This document shows positions 50,240-63,700 of a stretch of 64,000 bases of DNA, one piece after another. Within the stretch, counting starts at the first letter, position 1. Every line of letters begins with the position of its first letter. The notes under the pieces are model-generated. The model worked only from the letters and a program-made list of their open reading frames with translations. It was not told the origin of the DNA and searched no databases. Source of the DNA: Trypanosoma brucei (taxonomy: Eukaryota); the NCBI GenBank assembly GCA_000002445.1, contig AE017150.2:1056001-1120000 (forward strand), read 5' to 3'. The position numbers and the translations under genes were made by a program.

Positions 50240-53200
50240 AATGCATGCAGCCCAATACTTGAGAAATGTGTATTTTCTACACCTTAACATCAATTTTTTT
50301 TTTGTAAAGGACAAACTCACTGAGTGTTTAGTGACTGCGCTTCTTCAAACTTTTCTCCCTCAAGGCGTATTATGCAGTTGCAGAGAGTCATCTGTTTTCT
50401 GCTCCTTCTCCGCTTGCTAATGATTTGTGTTTATGCGTGTTGCTTCCTTTTTTATATTGTAAGTAATAGAAGACAAAAAAGGGGATATTACATATTACAT
50501 ATTTTATTTCGTATGTTAGCATGGTTGCATAATTTATGCTGCTGTAGAGGCGTGTGTTATGGATTGTAGTATTTGGAGAAGTTGTTTGACTAAAAGTTAC
50601 AAAAGCTAACCCTGTGTGTGATGGATTGTTAATTTATATAAACTTGTTTAACTTTACATTAGAATATAAATTTATTTATTGTCATTTAAATAGTTCCCCC
50701 ATATGAGAAAACTAAATGAACACGTATATGCACGTACATGTATGTGTATATTTGCATATTTGTTGTTTATGTATATTATATTTGAGTAATGTTAGTAAGG
50801 TGAGAAAACGGCTGTGTAATAAATCATTTTTATTTGGTATGCTTTGAGTGCGCGCGCGTGGGTTCTTTATTTCTATTATTAGAAAAGGAAACTGCAATAA
50901 TTGTTTCATTATTAAAAGTTCTTCATGACTCTTGTTTTTAAGTTTAGCATTTTGCTATTACTCAAATCATGTGAATTAAGGGAGGACTCATATCAGTATC
51001 ATATGATGATATTTGAAACAATTTAGAGACGCCTGATATTACTCAATACTCTAACTCTTTTTTTTCCTTTCATATCCATTGCATTTATATTGTGATATGA
51101 TAAGTTGATTTGTGTTAGCATTCAAATGCAGCATTGTTATTATTAATATTAACTTCCTTAAGGGAAATTAATTCGAAAGGAATGTTATTGTAAAAGGATT
51201 CAAATTGCAAGTAGTTATTCAGATAATGTTAATAATTTATACACAATTTTATATTTATTGTAGTTGTAGTAGTGTGCGTATTTCAACAAAGGTACCACTA
51301 ATTTTGCAGTTACTAAAAAGTTATAATGACACAATTCTATTTCTTGATAATGTGAGTCCCTGAATTTGTTGTTCTCTTTATATTTTTCACTTTGCTTTTC
51401 TTTTCTTTCATTTCATATATGTTTTTCTTTTTGTTATATAGACAAACTTATTATATCACTATTTCAAGTAATTCAAAAAGATGGCAATGCTTGGTTTCGA
51501 GTCGACAGCTGAATTTTTCGTCTATCTCACCTTTATCTTTTTTGGGATGTCGGTGATGAATGTGACGAATGCCATTTACTCCAATTATGATTATTTCTCG
51601 GAATATTACAAGTTTGCGCAGCGTAATGCAGATGCGATATCCTCCAATCCATCATTCTGGAAGCACATGTTCACGTATTATAATGTTGTTGTGTTTACGA
51701 TGCAAGTGCTTTTGGAGGCTTTTATGCTCACACCATTGGGCCGACGCATTCCTATTAGTTGGCGTCTCATCTTTGGACTCACAATTCCTATGGTGGAGAT
51801 TATTGTGATTTTAGTGATCCCTGAAGTTGGAGGAAGCGAAGATGGTGCAATCGCAACTATGATGATAGTTGCTTTTGTTGGTGGTATTTCCAAAACACTT
51901 TGTGACTCCAGCAATGCTGCACTTGCGGGACCGTTTCCGACTAAATTCTATGGTGCCATCGTGTGGGGTCTTGCTGTCTCTGGCCTCATGACTTCATTTA
52001 TGTCTATTGTTATCAAAGCATCGATGGACAGCAGTTTTGAAAGCAAGAGAGTTCAGTCCCAAATATACTTTGGATTAGTCATGCTTCTTCAGGTGGTTGC
52101 ATGCGTGCTTCTTGTCCTTCTGAGGAAAAACCCATATGCCATTAAATATGCTGCAGAATTTAGGTATGCTGCGAGGAAGGATGGAGCAACAGGTGAAGAA
52201 GATGACACCGATTTTAAAGGAAGGGGCCCAGCAGATGAGAATAGATATCCCGATGAAAAGGATGACAAGAATGTGCTGAATGCTGATATTGATCCAGATA
52301 AGATGAAGGATACGGATCAGGTTGAAGGCACTACCAACGCTCAGCAGATGCTTGATGCGAGTGTTATGGTTGTGGTGAAACGCATTTGGCCCATGTTACT
52401 TTCATGCTTCTTTGTGTTCTTTGCGACACTTCTTGTATTCCCTGGTGTATTCTTTGCCGTTAAAGGCTCGATGGATCTTAATAACTTTTGGTACTTTCCC
52501 GTTGCCATTGCCATGTTCAACTTGGGTGATTTCTTGTCTCGTCTGGTGCTGCAGTTCAAGCAATTGCATGTGTCTCCGCGTATGGTTTTGATTGGTTCAT
52601 TTGCACGTGCACTTTTGATAATTCCTCTTTCTCTTTGTGTGTCCGGTGCAATTCCTGGTGTGGGGGTTCCTTTTACCGTTTCTCTCCTTTGGGGTCTCAC
52701 AAATGGTTACTTTGGTGGCCTTTCAATGATTTATGGACCACGTACGGGATCCCTCACCACAGCGGGTCAACGCTCTCTTGCTGCCATTTGCATTAATGTT
52801 GCCCTTCTTATGGGTCTTTTTGCTGGTGCTATGTTTGCCTTGGCTGTTAAGGAGGGACTTCCTAAATAAATTTCTCAAAACTTGTAAATACTTTAAGTAA
52901 TGACATATCATTAGTTTTTAATTTATTAATGAAAAAGAAGATAAATGATACTCGATGCTGGTATCAGCTAGGAGTGGTGTGAATGATGCAATAAAAAGAA
53001 GGGTAAGGATAGTAAAGAGATGAGCGAGAAATTGAAATATGAGGAATAAGAATAAATTCTAGTTAGAAAAGAATTATATGATATTTGAGAGTAATGAAGC
53101 ATATGCGTGCACACGTTATGTTGTTTTAAATGTGATAAATGGTATAAAAGAAGAAAGTACGTCTTTCCCTTTTCGTTTCTCTAAACTTGTGACTGAGTAT

Positions 53201-53600
53201 AAATAAACATATCTGCAATCATTTTAAAAGAGAGAGAAGTGGACGGAGGACCGCAGGTGCGCGTTCATATAATTGTCTTTTTCTTTTTTCCCGTTTTCAT
53301 TATGTTGTGATTGACTCCCTACAAATATCATAATTTCCTCCAATGTTTTGTGTAGCTTTCGTAATTTTTAACAGGAGAAATGATGGTGCAGATCCATTCT
53401 TTGGTGTATACTCAATTTTTGTCTTCTGTTGGATCAATTTCTTTTTGTTGAAACAAAAAAGCAAAAAGGAGGAAATAAAATATACGACTGTAGAAACATA
53501 AACGAACTATCAAAAAAAAAACACATATACATATTTATAATATGTGTTCTTTCTGCACAAAAAAAAAAAGAAAAAAATTGTATTAGTTACAATAATAAAA
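50240..53600 (+). repeat. Segmental duplication unit, copy A, covering the transporter 5' flank, CDS and 3' flank.
   Basis: 50240-53600 aligns with 60703-64000 at a constant offset of 10,463 bp. For example 50324 matches 60787, 51481 matches 61941, and 53381-53590 matches 63803-64000. Confidence 0.9.
51481..52869 (+). CDS. Equilibrative nucleoside transporter (ENT family, TbNT2-cluster type), copy 1.
   Basis: 462-aa polytopic protein with 11 hydrophobic segments and a large acidic central loop. It is 85-90% identical to the ORF at 61941-63335. Its position matches the tandem TbNT array next to GPI-PLC/HSP104. Confidence 0.85.
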   Translation: MAMLGFESTAEFFVYLTFIFFGMSVMNVTNAIYSNYDYFSEYYKFAQRNADAISSNPSFWKHMFTYYNVVVFTMQVLLEAFMLTPLGRRIPISWRLIFGLTIPMVEIIVILVIPEVGGSEDGAIATMMIVAFVGGISKTLCDSSNAALAGPFPTKFYGAIVWGLAVSGLMTSFMSIVIKASMDSSFESKRVQSQIYFGLVMLLQVVACVLLVLLRKNPYAIKYAAEFRYAARKDGATGEEDDTDFKGRGPADENRYPDEKDDKNVLNADIDPDKMKDTDQVEGTTNAQQMLDASVMVVVKRIWPMLLSCFFVFFATLLVFPGVFFAVKGSMDLNNFWYFPVAIAMFNLGDFLSRLVLQFKQLHVSPRMVLIGSFARALLIIPLSLCVSGAIPGVGVPFTVSLLWGLTNGYFGGLSMIYGPRTGSLTTAGQRSLAAICINVALLMGLFAGAMFALAVKEGLPK

Positions 53601-56600
53601 AATAGTGAAGCCAGCAGGAGGTGATAATTACAATTTGAACTCATCCCCTCTTGCCTATTTCACTATTCCCTTTGTTTCTTGAGAAAATAACTAAAACAGT
53701 AAAACAAGAGAGAGGATAGTAATAAATTGAATGAAATCAACAATACATTATTTTAAGAGGAAATTTGATTTTACTTTTTCTTTACTTTTCACTGTTTCTG
53801 TTTTTTGATTACTTTTACTTCCTTTCATTTCTTACTTTTTATTCCCATGACTGTGCTATGGTGTTACGGATATGTGTGTGTAAGTGAGGAATGTTGTGTG
53901 GATTTGCTTCTATTATTGTTTACTTGCCTTTGGTTGTATATCACACGCCTGCTTATGTTTTCCCATATGTGTACGCCTGCAGCAAACAGTGTGGGAATTT
54001 ACTCCGTGACTTTTTCTCATAAATGTCGGGAGGCAAATAATTAAATTAATTTTTTGTTTAATGTATCTGTATATGTTTGTCTGTTTATGTGTATGTGTTT
54101 GTGTGTACGTATTTGACATGTTCAGCAATATGTTTAGATTATCCAATAATAACTTCTCTTCCTTTCTATCTCTTATACAGTTATGTTGTTTACTTGTCAC
54201 TGTTTTACTTTCAGGAAAGTGTATAAATTAAGCTGAAGCAACGTTATGTTTATTTGTGTATTAGGCGCATGAATTCATTTTCTAGCAGTTAATGTACGTA
54301 TGCATACACGCATGTGTTTAACTTTATAATGTCTTATACTAAAAATGTATTCAAATATTGCCATGTGAATACCGTGTGAGGCTTATTGTATTTTTGTGTC
54401 GTGAAATAGTCAAGTAGTTGCTGTGTAACTTTTGTGTTTTTTCTTAAATAGATGACGTGTGTTTCCTTAGTTTAAAATATTTAATAAATGATTTGACAGC
54501 TGCTTGCATGTGAGAGTTTCATTCCTCTTCTTTGCTTAAAAATGTGCAGAGACTGGAATCCTTCATATAAATGATGTGAAATGCATAACTTATAAATTGC
54601 ATTTCCACTTTCACATATTGTAATATTATTGAGTATCAAAAGGGAAATGATGAATTACGTAATAGGAAGTTATTCACAACATGTTAATAGAGCAATTTAA
54701 CTTCGCAGCTATCACAGAACAGGCTTTTTATTGTAATGCTTATTTGTGGAATAGCTCATGCTTTATGAATTCTTGAGGATGGAGCGTTGTAATATTTTTA
54801 AAAGTAAACATAAGTAAACAAATAAATAAACAGTTTATCATTTTTGTATTTGCCTTCATAATCACTATAAGCTAAGCTATTAGTCTATTAACAATAATTA
54901 ATATGGCTACTAGTAAGGCAAAAGACGAGAAATAAGAAATTAATTTATAGGAATGATTTGATAGTTTGACGAATGTGTAATTATCATGTCTCTGATACTA
55001 GTGACGGATTATGATAGAGAGAATATGATTTGTGAGGTAGTTTTGATTCTCTGAAGTGATACAGCGGCGCATGGGAACTCGTCGTAAGAAAAAAAGAAAT
55101 AAATAATGTGCGGTATGTAATTTTTAAACCTCACATTGATGAGGTTGTGAGGCATAAAATAACTCTTGCCATTTTCCCAACGTGGCCAACAGTCGAAGAA
55201 CTGGTGCAACACTGCAGTAATGATACAGTGATGTTAAATTGAAAGCGAAAAATAAATATGAATGGCGTAAAAAGGGGGAAGGAAGTAGTGATGGTGGCGT
55301 AATCGATTTGGATTGTTTTTCGTGACAAATTCTCTACATTCAATGATTCTAGAGGAAACAAGTACGTACCATAGCAGTGGTTACTGTGTTTCCATAAGGA
55401 GTAAGTTATATTTACTGGAAAATGTGGTATTAAGAAATGTTATATGTGAGTAGTAATATACCTCAACACAGAGATGTACGCTCATGTAATCACTACACAA
55501 AAACCTTCCGAATGTTTTGAACGCACTGAGCGGATTGATGCGTCTCTCCAACCTTGAGTTGAAATGCACAACCCTTGAGTGTTGAGTTGGGATACATATT
55601 TTTAGATGTCACTAGAGCTTGATGTGTGGAATGAAACTCTAGAGCTCATGCATATGGCTAATGCTTATCATCGTCGTAACTTCCATGTTGGTACGATGAT
55701 GTGCAGTTTGCTGTTAGTGATAGCCTTCAGTGGATTGTATGGTAGGTGGTGTTTCTCTGTTTGTTTTCTGTCACAGATGGCAATGGAAGCGTCGACTATC
55801 TTTTGTATTACTCAGAAGGGAAAATTCTCTTTTTAAGTAATGGTAATGTTGAATCGTTGATAAAATCAACGGAATTATCCATAAGCTAGTTTTAATTGGA
55901 GGAAAGGAGAATAGGAGAACTGCCCACTTTGATGTGTTGCCAACAAACGAAAACAAGTGGTATGTATATTTTAGAACCCAGTATTTTTCTTTCTTATCCG
56001 ATGTACTTCCCTAATGTTTGGATCTGAGAAATACCTAATGATGATTAATACGGTTAGAGTTAGGGCATTCTTTTGTGATGCTGAATATCGCATCTATTGA
56101 TAACAGCAATCGATACGCCATACTCAAACATAAATGAATTCTCACACATTAACGCTGCTTCTGGTATCGCCAACCGTTATGTTCAATAGCTCGTTACGTG
56201 GGAGCATGAGTGGATGTAATGATGGATGCCGCTTCATCAAAGGCAGCTGCGTGATACTTATCTCAGAATATGTCAATGGTGTCGTATTATAGCCAAGTTT
56301 AAGTCTAATAATTAATCATAGTGATGTGTGTGGAAAAAGTGAGATTGTACCATTGCAGTGAGTGAACCGCTTTGCTTGGGACGTATTGCATTGTGCTGTG
56401 TGATTAAGCGCCGAGTTTGTTCACATCATACGTATGATATTTAGTTACTGTCAACCCACCGGATTGGTGTGGGAGGAGTGTAAGGCATCGTGCGAGCATG
56501 GGACATATGTTTCATCGCAGTGTCACGGAGGTTTTAAGGTATGGTGGAATATGGGAGGTGGATTAGCTATAGATCTCTTTGTGCCTCCATCCCTTCGTGC

Positions 56601-58586
56601 TATGCTTTTTCTTTTCCCCTGAAACTGATACAGTCTGGGGAGGCAGTGTGCTGAAGCTTCGCTAAGGTTTTGAAAGCAGGACTCACGACCCATCCCCCAC
56701 TGTGTAATGTATGATGACCAGATTTGTTCTGAGGGAGCATCAAACCAATCGTGTACGATGGAAGTGTAGAATAGGAAGTAAAGGAAAGTGTATTATTATG
56801 TGCAGATGCGTATGAGGCACTGCTCACAACACCTAAAGAAAGCAAAGTCACTCCTGACGGTTTTGATCATTTTATCAGTGTATCACAATCTAATCATTTC
56901 TGCTGTAGAAGGTTCGTTGCATAGTTGTGTGTATTCTGCTTTCAGAGTTGACATTCTGTCACTTACCACTGTGGAGAGTGATCACGATAATATCGTCGGC
57001 TTTCCGGTATGGAAGGAAGTATCACTTTACTCTTCTGCTCGTATAAGCGTGCTTTGTTCATCCGTGGAGCGGTGTTGTTATTGAAAAGGGGATGCTGAGT
57101 AGAGTGGTGACTCAACACTTTTTCTTGTACTGAAGACATACTAAGAGGTTCTGTCAGCAGGACAGACTTGCGGTGGCCAGGTGGTTTCGCGACCTCAGGG
57201 ACAACTTCCATATTGCACAAGGGGAACTTCTTCGTTTTGAGGTGACAGGGCGCATGCTAGTGTTGGGATATCTGTACATTGGAATGGCAAGGTCTTCCAG
57301 GGAAGGAAGGGAGGTGTATAAACCAGTGAAGGGCTGCACAGGTACTGTGTCAGGTATGAAAGTGATAGAGGTCTCTAAGGAAGTGTCAGATGTGATTATA
57401 CTCGGCAAGAGGTTGCTGCTCAAGGTTTTGATTATATACTTTCCGAAACAATCAAATGTTGCGAAAATTACGTTGAAAGAAAGTTTAGGGGGAGCAATGG
57501 GATAAGGGAAACCCTCACTGGATTGTTTTGTCGGGTATACAGCATGATAAGTGGAAGGTTTGGTGGAGAAGCACGCAGGTACACCACACCCAATTGGTGG
57601 GAGAGTAGTAATGGCCGGGAGCATTTACCGTGAGTGACAACTCCAACAATGGATGCTAAGTAGTTAATGTTGAAATGTTTTAAAACGTTAGAGAAAGGAA
57701 TGACTAAATGGTTGTAGGTACGTAAATTGTGGGAAGCACTGAGGGAAAATGATGTAATGATGCGACGGACCAAGGGACTCGAATACCCAATATATTACAA
57801 GAAACGCTACTATTGAGTTGGGTGCAGAAACAAGTGAGAGACAAGCTGTTTGGGTAGTTGAAGTATCGACCACTGGGAAGGGTGAAGCGTGGGCAGGAAG
57901 GATCATCAAATCTTATCCTCCTTTCAGTTAATATGACTGAAGAAGCGAGAAAAGAAAAAGAATGGTTGTGAAAAGAGAAATTAGCGAAAAAGAATTAGTA
58001 GAAGCAATTGTGGCGTCAAAAAAGACGTTAAGGGTAGCGTTAGTACAAATAGAAAAGCAGCCAACTCTAAAAAATTGGTTTCCGACGTAAAGGAAGCGGG
58101 GACAGGTGAATAAAACTATTTAATTTGTACCAGTTTACATGTATGAAAATGACCTCATATGTGTGTGATTTGCTCCTGTTAACTCGGTGAACATCGGAAC
58201 TGACACGTTGCTCTGTGCTATTGTAGCAATGCACTCCAGTGTGATATCACTGGAACTATGAAACCTTATATTTCTTATGGCGTTGTATCAGTGCTTCCAC
58301 TATGGTATCATTATGTTAACGTGAGCAGTATATTGTCACGTGGTGGACAACATGTCAACTAGTTTGTTTAAACTGTTGCTCTCTTGACAGCTTGTAATTC
58401 GTATCATTCTGTTGTGTTCTTTTCCTTTCTTGTTTATTCTTCCAAAATACTGTTATCGGAAGGACCCCCTTTATCCTTATTTTTGCATCTGCACTGGCTG
58501 TTTAAGCGGACCCTTTCCAATTGTTAGGCACAAAACGGTACATATATATATATTTCAAGAAAGCAACAGTGTGTAATTTAGAAACC

Positions 58587-59546
58587 ATGACACGCGCCTC
58601 GCTTCCTGTTATTGATGTTTCGCCCCTATTTGGTGGCGAATCCGCAGAAAAGGAAAGGGTCTCCAAGCAGATTGATAATGCATGCAGAACATGGGGCTTC
58701 TTCTACATTGTGGGGCATCCGATCCAGCAGGAGCAGATTGAGAGGGTGCTAGATGTAGCGAAGAATTATTTTTCACTCCCCATGGAAGAGAAGCTCAAAT
58801 TGGACATTCGTAAAAGTAAGCTGTATCGTGGTTATATTGCTTTTGGGGCCGAGGACCCCGATGATGCTAAGGTCTACGGCTACGAGGGGTTCAATATGGG
58901 GCACCATCTTCCGAAGCACCACCCAGAGGTTATGGCAGGAGTGCCGCTCCGAGGACCGAACATCCACCCCACTCAGGTAAAGGGCTGGGCGGAGGAAATG
59001 GAAAATCAATATGACGATATGTGGGCCCTTTCACTTGTTATCCTGCGCGCTATGGCACTGGGACTCGGCCTGCGGGAAGATTTCTTCGACTCCAAGTTTA
59101 TGGATCCGATGTGTGAATTGAATATAAAGCATTACCCTTCCCCAACCACTACAGGCAAAAAATCTCATTTGCTTATTGAGCACGCTGACTTTTGCGCTAT
59201 TACATTACTCTATCAAGACGGTGTGGGTGGCTTGCAAATTCGAGGACTTTCCGGAGAGCTGATGGATGTGCCACCTGTTGAAGGAAGTTTTGTTGTCAAC
59301 ATTGGAGACATGATGGAGATGTGGACCAATGGCCAATACCGTTCTACCATGCACCGTGTTGTTCCGAGAAGTGGCACACGGTACTCCATGCCTTTTTTCT
59401 GTGTCCCAAACCCGAATGTCATTATTAAGTGCCTCGACAACTGTCATTCGGAGGAGAATCCACCAAGGTACCCTCCAGTGCGGGCTGTTGACTGGATTTT
59501 GAAGCGATTCGCGGAAGTGTTTTCGCTTGCAAAACCTAAAATGTAG
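58587..59546 (+). CDS. 2-oxoglutarate/Fe(II)-dependent dioxygenase of the iron/ascorbate oxidoreductase, isopenicillin-N-synthase-like family.
   Basis: The HxD...H iron-binding facial triad is present (IEHADFCAITL and STMHRVVP), together with the 2OG-binding RxS motif (TRYSMPF). The N-terminal non-haem dioxygenase region VIDVSPL...WGFFYIVGHPI is typical. The start is at the ATG at 58587. Confidence 0.75.
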   Translation: MTRASLPVIDVSPLFGGESAEKERVSKQIDNACRTWGFFYIVGHPIQQEQIERVLDVAKNYFSLPMEEKLKLDIRKSKLYRGYIAFGAEDPDDAKVYGYEGFNMGHHLPKHHPEVMAGVPLRGPNIHPTQVKGWAEEMENQYDDMWALSLVILRAMALGLGLREDFFDSKFMDPMCELNIKHYPSPTTTGKKSHLLIEHADFCAITLLYQDGVGGLQIRGLSGELMDVPPVEGSFVVNIGDMMEMWTNGQYRSTMHRVVPRSGTRYSMPFFCVPNPNVIIKCLDNCHSEENPPRYPPVRAVDWILKRFAEVFSLAKPKM

Positions 59547-60702
59547 GAGTTCCTCTTAGTTTGCATTTCTTTTAGTATTTGCTTTATCAAGAATGGTATC
59601 AGGCCCTACGATTAGTAGTTGGTTTCAGATATGAATGATTTACATATGCGTAGTATCTGTCGTAATGCAAAAAGTTCTGTGATTTAAAATCTGTGTGAAG
59701 ACAGTACGGTAACGTATCTAGTCAGAATGAATATATTTCGCTCACTCTTTATTTTCAATGTAGGGAATTGTTAAAGGGGTAATAATATTTCTTTCACCTT
59801 TCCTCTTCTTTTTTCATTATCATCTTTGTAATGAATGCTGTAAGGCTATCTTTTATCCTACTTTGATATCTTCATCTATTTCCTTATTACATTGGATAAT
59901 GGATTGATATCTTCACTACGATGACAACTGAAGTATTCTGACAAACAATGGGTGCATGCTATTGTATGTTAGTTTGTGATGCAGTAGAGTCCTCCTTGGA
60001 AATATTTGTCTTTTTTTCCCTCTCTGAGGGGTTTCTACCTTTTTCTTTTCTCATTGCATTTTAAGGGTTAATTACGCATTAGAAATGCTACCCTTCACTT
60101 TGAAGTCATTCCTTCTTACACAGGTATTATTTTGATGCGATCTCATGCGAGGAGAATGGAGGTAGATGGAGAATGAAAAAAACTCACATTCTCCACCCAC
60201 CCAATGGAGAGCATACGTTTTACCATGGAAGTCGCGCTTGAAGTATCTCCCCAAGTAGAGCAAACTAATGAGGAATTAGCACCTAAGGGTTGCGTTGTTA
60301 AATATGTTGAAAGAGTGATGTGTATGTGGGGTTCGTACGTGAAGGATAAGGGATTTTGAGGGTGCTTACTCTTATTGTGTTTTTAATTTTTTTTCTTGAG
60401 AAAGGAGGGTGGCCAATTATATAATGTCACCTGACGAATGGGATTGCTGTGTATCACGCTGTTTGTAATTGTTACATATATTGGTAAGAAATAATTTTTT
60501 TTGTTATGTGAATTTCAATGCGTTTGATGTTTTTTGCCACCGCACTTATGTTGAGTCTGTTCTGTACCTCTTACTGTATGTTGAACATACCATTCTCTAT
60601 TATTTTCTCATTTTTTTGCCTCAGCTTTCCAGGGGAAACACATGTGGTACATATGAGATGGAATACACTAAACGACACCTAACACTGTGGGAGAATGTGA
60701 TA

Positions 60703-63700
60703 AATGCATGCAACTCAATAGTTGAGAAATGTGTATTTTCTACACCTTAACATCAATTTTTTTTTTGAAAAAGACAAACTCACTGAGTGTTTAGTGACTG
60801 CGCTTCTTCAAAAATTTTTCCCTCAAGGCGTATTATGCAATCGCGGAAAGTTATTTGTTTTCTGCTCCTTCTCCGCCTACTAATGATTTGTGTTTACACA
60901 TGTAGCTTCCTTTTTTATATTGTAAGTAATAGAAGACAAAAAAGGGGATATTATATATTACATATTTTATTTTGTATGTTAGCATGGTTGCATAATTTAT
61001 GCTGCTGTAGAGGCGTGTGTTATGGATTGTAGTATTTGGAGAAGTTGTTCGACTAAAAGCTATAAAAGCTTGCCCTGTGTGTGATGGATTTTTAATTTAT
61101 ATAAACTTGTTTAGCTTTATATTAGAATATAAATTTATTTATTGTCATTTAAATAGTTCCCCCATATGAGAAAACTAAATGAACACGTATATGTAAGTAT
61201 ATGTATATTTATATTCGCATATTTGTTGTTTATGTATATTATATCTGAGTAATGTTGGTAAGGTAAGAAAACGGCTGTGTAATAAATCATTTTTATTTGG
61301 TATGCTTTGAGTGCGCGCGCGTGGGTTCATTAGTTCTATTATCAGAAAAGGAAACTGCAATAATTGTTTCATTATTAAAAGTTCTTCATGACTCGTGTTT
61401 TTAAGTTTAGCATTTTGCTATTACTCAAATCATGTGAATTAAGGGAGGACTCATATCAGTATCATATGATGATATTTGAAACAATTTAGAGACGCCTGAT
61501 ATTACTCAATACTCTAACTCTTTTTTTTCCTTTCATATCCATTGCATTTATATTGTGATATGATAAGTTGATTTGTGTTAGCATTCAAATGCAGCATTGT
61601 TATTATTAATATTAACTTCCTTAAAGGAAATTAATTTGAAAGGAATGTTATTTTAAAAGGATTCAAATTGCAAGTAGTTATTCAGATAATGTTAATTGAT
61701 ACATAATTTTATATTTATTGTAGTTGTAGTAGTGTGCGTATTTCAACAAAGGTACCACTAATTTTGTAATTACTAAAAAGTTATAATGATACAATTCTAT
61801 TTCTTGATAATGTGAGTCCCTGAATTTGTTTTTCCCTTCATATTTTTCACTTTGCTTTTCTTTTCTTTCATTTCATATATGTTTTTCTTTTTGTTATATA
61901 GACAAACTTATTATATTATTATTTCAAGTAATTCAAAAAGATGGCAATGCTTGGTTTCGAGTCGACAGCTGAATTTTTTGTCTATCTCACCTTCATCTTT
62001 TTTGGGATGTCGGTGATGAATGTGACGAATGCCATTTACTCCAATTATTATTTTTTTTGGGAATACTACAAGTTTGCGCAGGGTAATGAACATGCTGTTT
62101 CTGCAAATCCATCATTCTGGAAGCACATGTTCACGTATTATAATGTTGTCGTGTTTACCATGCAAGTGCTTTTGGAGGCCTTTATGCTCACACCATTGGG
62201 CCGACGCATTCCTATTAGTTGGCGTCTCTTTTTTGGACTCTCACTTCCCATGGTTGAAATCATTGTAATTTTGGTTATTCCTGCTGTTGGAGGAACAAGT
62301 GAGGGCGGTGCGATGGCAACTATGATGATAGTTGCTTTTGTTTGTGGTATTTCCATGACACTCTGTGACTCCAGCAATGCTGCACTTGCGGGACCGTTTC
62401 CAACTAAATTCTATGGTGCCACCGTGTGGGGTCTTGCTGTCTCTGGCCTCATGACTTCATTTTTGGCTATTGTTATCCAAGCATCAATGAAGGATAACTT
62501 TGAAAGCAGACGAACTCAGTCCCAAATATACTTTGGATTAGTCATGTTTCTTCAGGTGGTTGCATGCGTCCTTCTTGTCCTTCTGAGGAAAAACCCATAT
62601 GCCATTAAATATGCTGCAGAATTTAGGTATGCTGCGAGGAAGGATGGAAAGACAGATGATGGCGAAGATGAAAACGATGCAAAGGGAACAGGACCAGCAG
62701 ACGAAGATGGGTATCCTGATGAAAAAGAGAATAAGAATGTATTGAATGCTGATATTGATCCAGATAAGATGAAGGATACGGATCAGGTTGAAGGCACTAC
62801 CAACGCTCAGCAAATGCTTGATGCGAGTGTTATGGTTGTGGTGAAACGCATTTGGCCCATGTTACTATCTTGCTTCTTTGTATTCTTTGCGACACTTCTT
62901 GTATTCCCTGATGTATTTGTTGCTGTTAAAGAAGGGTTCCCAACTCATGGGGGATGGTACTTTACAATTGTTGTTGCCATGTTCAACTTGGGTGATTTCT
63001 TGTCTCGTCTTGTGCTGCAGTTCAAGCGGTTGCATGTGTCTCCGCGTATGGTCATGATTGGTTCATTTGCACGTGCACTGCTGATAATTCCTCTTTCGCT
63101 TTGTGCTGCCGGAACCATTCCTGGTGTGTGGCTTCCCTACACCGTTTCTCTCCTTTGGGGTCTCACAAATGGTTACTTTGGTGGCCTTTCAATGATTTAT
63201 GGACCACGTACGGGATCCCTCACCACAGCGGGTCAACGCTCTCTTGCTGCCATTTGCATTAATGTGGCTCTTTTACTCGGTCTTTTTGCTGGTGCTATGT
63301 TTGCATTGGCTGTTAAAGAGGGACTTCCTGAATAAGTTTTGAAAATTTATGATACCTTCAAATAATGTGAAAAATTTTTTGTAACTAGTGAAATAAAAAA
63401 AAGCTCCGTGCTGGTATCAGCCAGGAGTGGTTTTAATAATTTAAGAAAAAAAAGTAAAAAGGAGGAAATGAAGAATGGGAAATAACAATAAATTGTACGA
63501 ATAAGGATAATAGGGGACCCGGAAGCGAGCAAGCATGGATTTTATCTGTTTTATTCATGTTTATGGGGAATTTCTTTAAACATTATCGTATGTGTTTATC
63601 AATTTTTTTGCGGTGTATATACGTGTTGTTGAAGATACATTTTACATGGTCTAAAGAATATTGTGAGGAACTGAAGTTGTTGTCATGTTGCACTTATGTT

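Noticed and set aside
50324-50569. 81-aa ORF duplicated at 60787-61032 (MFSDCASS...), which superficially looks like a conserved small gene.
   Set aside because: Its conservation is explained by the 10.4-kb segmental duplication. It lies in the transporter 5' flank or UTR and is Cys/Leu-rich low-complexity sequence.
51569-51808. Small + strand ORFs overlapping the nucleoside-transporter CDSs in another frame (51569-51808 and 62029-62268), and minus-strand ORFs at 51678-51914 and 62138-62377.
   Set aside because: They overlap a well-supported CDS and are conserved only because the underlying gene is duplicated.
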